A stretch of 64,000 nucleotides of DNA from Rhina ancylostomus (taxonomy: Eukaryota). The position numbers were made by a program, and so were the translations under genes. How positions within the stretch are numbered: position 1 is the stretch's first letter; each line of letters begins with the position of its first letter. The DNA lies in the NCBI GenBank assembly GCA_030265395.1, contig JARFYF010000029.1, positions 15,833,150 through 15,897,149 on the forward strand, given 5' to 3'. Shown piece after piece: positions 60,016 through 64,000 of this stretch. Under the pieces are notes generated by a model. It saw only the letters and a program-made list of their open reading frames with translations. It had not been told where the DNA came from and did not search any database.

Positions 60016-63000
60016 CTATGGCATATGGAGTTAAGGAATATGAATTAAAACAACATCTGGATGCAGATTTGAAATTGTTTAATCAATACTTTGGTAACTC
60101 TATCATAGGCCGAAAAGAGCAATTTTGATGAATGCTCAAAAATCTAAAGTGGTGTACCCAAATGGACTAGATACAAAATCTTCCAATGACTAGATCTTGT
60201 GGCAAGTCAGACAAGGTCAAGCCCATTAATAAAGACAATAATGTAATATGTACAGTTTGTATACAACAGTCTTACAAGAGAAAAGGTGCATTTTGATGAT
60301 CTGCAATACAATGGTTGCCCTTTGATCACTCTATTCATCACTCCATTCCCCATTTTGTGGATTCATACATTTCTTCTAGTCATGCCTACAGCAAGTTGAA
60401 GTTGACTTGTCAGGATTTTCTGCAGATCCACAGGATGCCACTGAGTATCTTTTCAGTGGACGCATGGTGGAAAAAATCCTTATACACTGAAATGCATATT
60501 ACGGGATGAACTGCCTCAATTTAGACGAAAGAGCAGCTGAAAATCCAGAATTTATAAAAGATTTTGGATTTTGCTAAAGATAGGGTGCTAACGGTATGCT
60601 TTCAAAATTCCTAGTTATTCCCCCAGTGCTCTCTGGGAGGAAACTGTACCAGCTTTAATGAGATTGGGCCAAACTCAAGTCCTTGAAGTAATCTTCCATC
60701 TAGGAATACAAGTTTATTGCCTTGAGGGGTTGCACTCAGTGCACTGCTGGCTTTTCCTCATAAAGCAGAAAGCCCAGAGTTCTGTTTCACTTCTTCTGAA
60801 CCACTGCATTCCTACTCTTTAGCATTGGCAACTTGTGGTTGAATTAAGGTTGAACAATAATTCTTTATTTCGGTAGAACAAGTTTTACGATTTAATTTGG
60901 CTATTAAGTTGCAACTTAGTTAATGGCAAGAAAAGCACTGCCATTCTGCCCTTTTTTTGGTCAACTGCTAAAGGTAGCTGGCACTGTGGCTAATGCAAAC
61001 AACCACAGAAAGAGGACTGAGTAATAACACAAGATGTCTGATCCTATCCAAGGAGCTCGAGGGAAGGGAGGGTCCGGCATCACTCTCACCTGTACACCTG
61101 TGAATTACGTCTTCCTCAACTGACACGAGTGTACAAGTCAGCAAATAAATAAAAATCCACATACCTCTTTATCTGTAGCACGGAAACTACCAATGAGCAG
61201 TACCAAGTTTAGCGTATCAAGCAGTCTTCCTGCATGCTTAACAAATGGATCACTGCAGGAACTGATCCATTTTCCCAGCACTGACTTTACTTTCACTGCT
61301 GATAATTTGCATCTTCATAAGATTTATTCACTTTTTGCAAAACAGTAATGCTTCAAAAACAATAACTAAACATTCCAATGAAATCATAGCAACTGATTGG
61401 CAACTGGGTGCACAAACTAATGTAAAGACAGCAAAATTTGGGCATAGAAACCTGGCTATGTTTTATCAATTCCTGTAGACTTTAGCTGATTTTATTTAGA
61501 AATCCAAACATTGAACACCTTAATCATTTTTCCCCTCAGTTTAAGCACCTGTGCTTCAACAAAGCAGGTCATGAATAGACATGAGGCTGCTTGTTAATGC
61601 ACTGTATTAAACAGACCTCTGGATCACTGTGAGCACCACCAGAAGAACACAAGTGCTACAAGAGATTAAAGGAAGTTCAAGCTAATGTTCACATTACCCC
61701 CTTGTTCATCTGCTCACTGACAGAGAAAAAGTAAAGCACATTGTAAAGAAAATCCCTAATCCTTCTGACACTTGAGCACCTCATTGTTAACTGAGCCTCA
61801 TGAAAAGCTACTAATGTTTCCACGGTTACTGCAAGCCAGGCCATGATCCTGTTTGTTTCCACTCTACAGAATGGAATAAATACACAAGAGTTAGGGGCTG
61901 GCGGGATATAGATCTAGGTTTCATTTAATGCCCTTATTCAAAAAATAAACAAGTCATATTCTGTTTACAATAGATCTTTGGTAAGAATGGATGAGATTGC
62001 CATTTAACAGCCATACATGAAAGGCATAAGAAATAAACTACAGAAAGCCCAAGGTTCTCTCCAAGCAAGAGCACCTTAATTTAAGCAGAAATATGAACGC
62101 GACAAATGGCAAGAAACAAATAATTTTAAAGAAAAACCAGAAATGAATGTTCCACATTCATTGATTTGTTAGAAGCCATTTGTGAAACAATGTCGCCAAC
62201 CTACGAACTTAGAATAATGAAATACCATGGAAACGGATTGCTCTCATGCTTAGAGAGGGAGGTGCACTCAAAAGCCAGAAAAATCTTGGCTGCTATTACT
62301 GTTAATGATTTAAACCAGTCTGTAGCATAGCAACAAAAAAAAAGATAAATCCAACAGAAGAACAACAATTAATCCCACAATTCAGGGCACATTTGGTTGC
62401 AGTTTGTTAATGCAAGCTGTGATTTAGTACACGTAGGAAGTTCACCCCTCTGTCACTTCATCGAAGAGAATTTTCTTGCTATGGTTCTGTTACTGTGAGC
62501 TACTATTTAGGGTGATTACATTCCATATTCATGCAAAAACTATAAAAGAACTCTTAAATATCAACTTAAATGGCTCTTTTGTTCATTGCATGCAAATACA
62601 CTGCCGCTGAAAGGGGACCCAAAATCACACATGCACATCGAGAGGGTGATGTTCAAGAAGGCTGACAATCAGGAAAGAAATGTAATCCCACTCTATAACA
62701 ATATTCTTCCTCTTGGAGCTAAAGAAAGTTGCCACATGAGGGATTATGTTCTAAGATTAAGTCTGGATATGCGCAAAGGTGGTGCAAAAGAAAAAGATGA
62801 ACAAATTGGCTACAGAGTCCATAAAGAAAGGGCTCATCTCAATGAGATCTGGCAAGTGCAGAGTGCCTGGATTTAGTGATGGCTCCCTTTTTTCAGTTTA
62901 TTTATTAATGAATTGCAGAAATACAACGGTATTCATAAAGGAGAAGGACATGGAGGACAGTGAGATCAGGGAGGGGTTTGCTGGTATCCGAGGCATGTGG

Positions 63001-64000
63001 ATAGCAAGGAGGAAGTGGTGTTGGGCCTTCTGAAGAACATTAAGGTGGATAGGTCCCCAGGGCCTGATGGGATCTATCCCAGGGATAGATCTGGGAGAAT
63101 AGCCAGTGTTATCCCTTTGTTTAAGCAGGGCATTAGAGACAAACGAGGAAACTCTAGGCTGGTGAGCCTTAGAGCAGAGGTAGGGAAATAATTGGAGAAG
63201 ATTTTTATGGATGGGATTTACGCACATTAGGAAAAGCATGGACTAATTAGAGACAGTCAGCATGGCTTTGTGTGAAGAAAGTCTTACAAACTTGAGGTTT
63301 TTTTTGAGGAGGTGGTGAAGGTAAGCAGTGGATGTTGTCTACATGGACTCCAGTGAAGCATTCAACAAGGTTCCTCATAGTAGGCAGATCCAGCAGGATG
63401 CATGGGATTCACAGACACTTGGTAGATTAGGTTCAAAATTCGCTTGGCTACAGAAGACAGGGAGTTGTAGTTGAAGGGTGTTATTTTGACTGGAGGCCTG
63501 TGACCAGTGATGTTCCACAGGGATCAGTGCTGGGACCTCCATTGTTTGTGATATATAAATGATTTCAACAAAAACATTGGTGGGCTGTGTGGGCAGAGAA
63601 ATGGCAGATGGAGATTAATCTGGACAAGTGTGAGGTGTTGCACTTTGAGAGGTCAAATGCAAAAGGAAAGCATACAGGAAATGGCAGGACCCTTTGAATC
63701 ATTGACGTACAGAAAGATTTTGTGGTGGGAGTCCATAGCTCCCTACAAGTGGCAGCACATAGAGTGGTAAAGAAGGCATACGATGTGGGTATTTAGTAAA
63801 AAAGTTGGCAAGCCATGTTACCACTGTATAAAACTTTGCTCAAGCCACATTTGGAGTATTATGGGTAGTTTTGGTGGGCACATTTTTGTTGGCTCTTGGA
63901 CTGTACTCACTGGAGTACAGAAGAATGAGAGGGGACAAAGAGAAACATTTAGAATGTTGAAAGGACTGGACAGAGTAGATGTGGCTAAACTATTTCCCTT
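60016..64000 (-). other. atxn10: atxn10 intron upstream of the C-terminal exon
   Basis: Lies 5' (in gene orientation) of the acceptor; no further ATXN10 peptide seen in the window. Confidence 0.75.
62920..64000 (+). mobile_element. CR1 LINE RT fragment(s), running off the window end
   Basis: [86 protein letters not shown]. Confidence 0.92.

Noticed and set aside
60016-64000. SCA10-type (ATTCT)n repeat in the atxn10 intron
   Set aside because: No such repeat is present; the human repeat lies in an earlier intron outside this window.
1-64000. Prokaryotic-style systems (CRISPR arrays, operons, defence islands)
   Set aside because: The sequence is spliced vertebrate DNA, with no regularly spaced repeats or dense ORF clusters.

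Overview
Eukaryotic, AT-rich, repeat-dense vertebrate genomic DNA, almost certainly from a cartilaginous fish (shark or ray), judging from its V-SINE/HE1-type SINEs, CR1/HER1-type LINEs and Penelope-like elements. It comes from a draft assembly with 12 N-gaps. Two host genes are recognisable and lie tail-to-tail about 44 kb apart. (1) Wnt7b on + is represented by its last two coding exons (10998-11269 and 15183-15662); exons 1-2 lie upstream of the window. (2) Ataxin-10 (atxn10) on - is represented by its C-terminal coding exon (60015-59831). This convergent ATXN10-WNT7B arrangement matches human chr22 and supports both calls. The rest is intron or intergenic DNA with decayed mobile elements: a Ty3/Gypsy LTR relic, many CR1 pieces, L2, Rex1/Babar, RTE, Penelope-like elements (PLE) and SINEs, several of them nested. 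Repeat-free blocks look like conserved enhancers. I found no decisive new system. The best leads are minimal hammerhead-ribozyme relics in short fold-back PLE-terminus elements, an inverted PLE pair in the Wnt7b intron, a Wnt7a/7b-mosaic RECK-binding linker, and a possible spliced minus-strand non-coding transcript. Repeat boundaries are by eye and approximate; family comparisons are from memory, not database searches.
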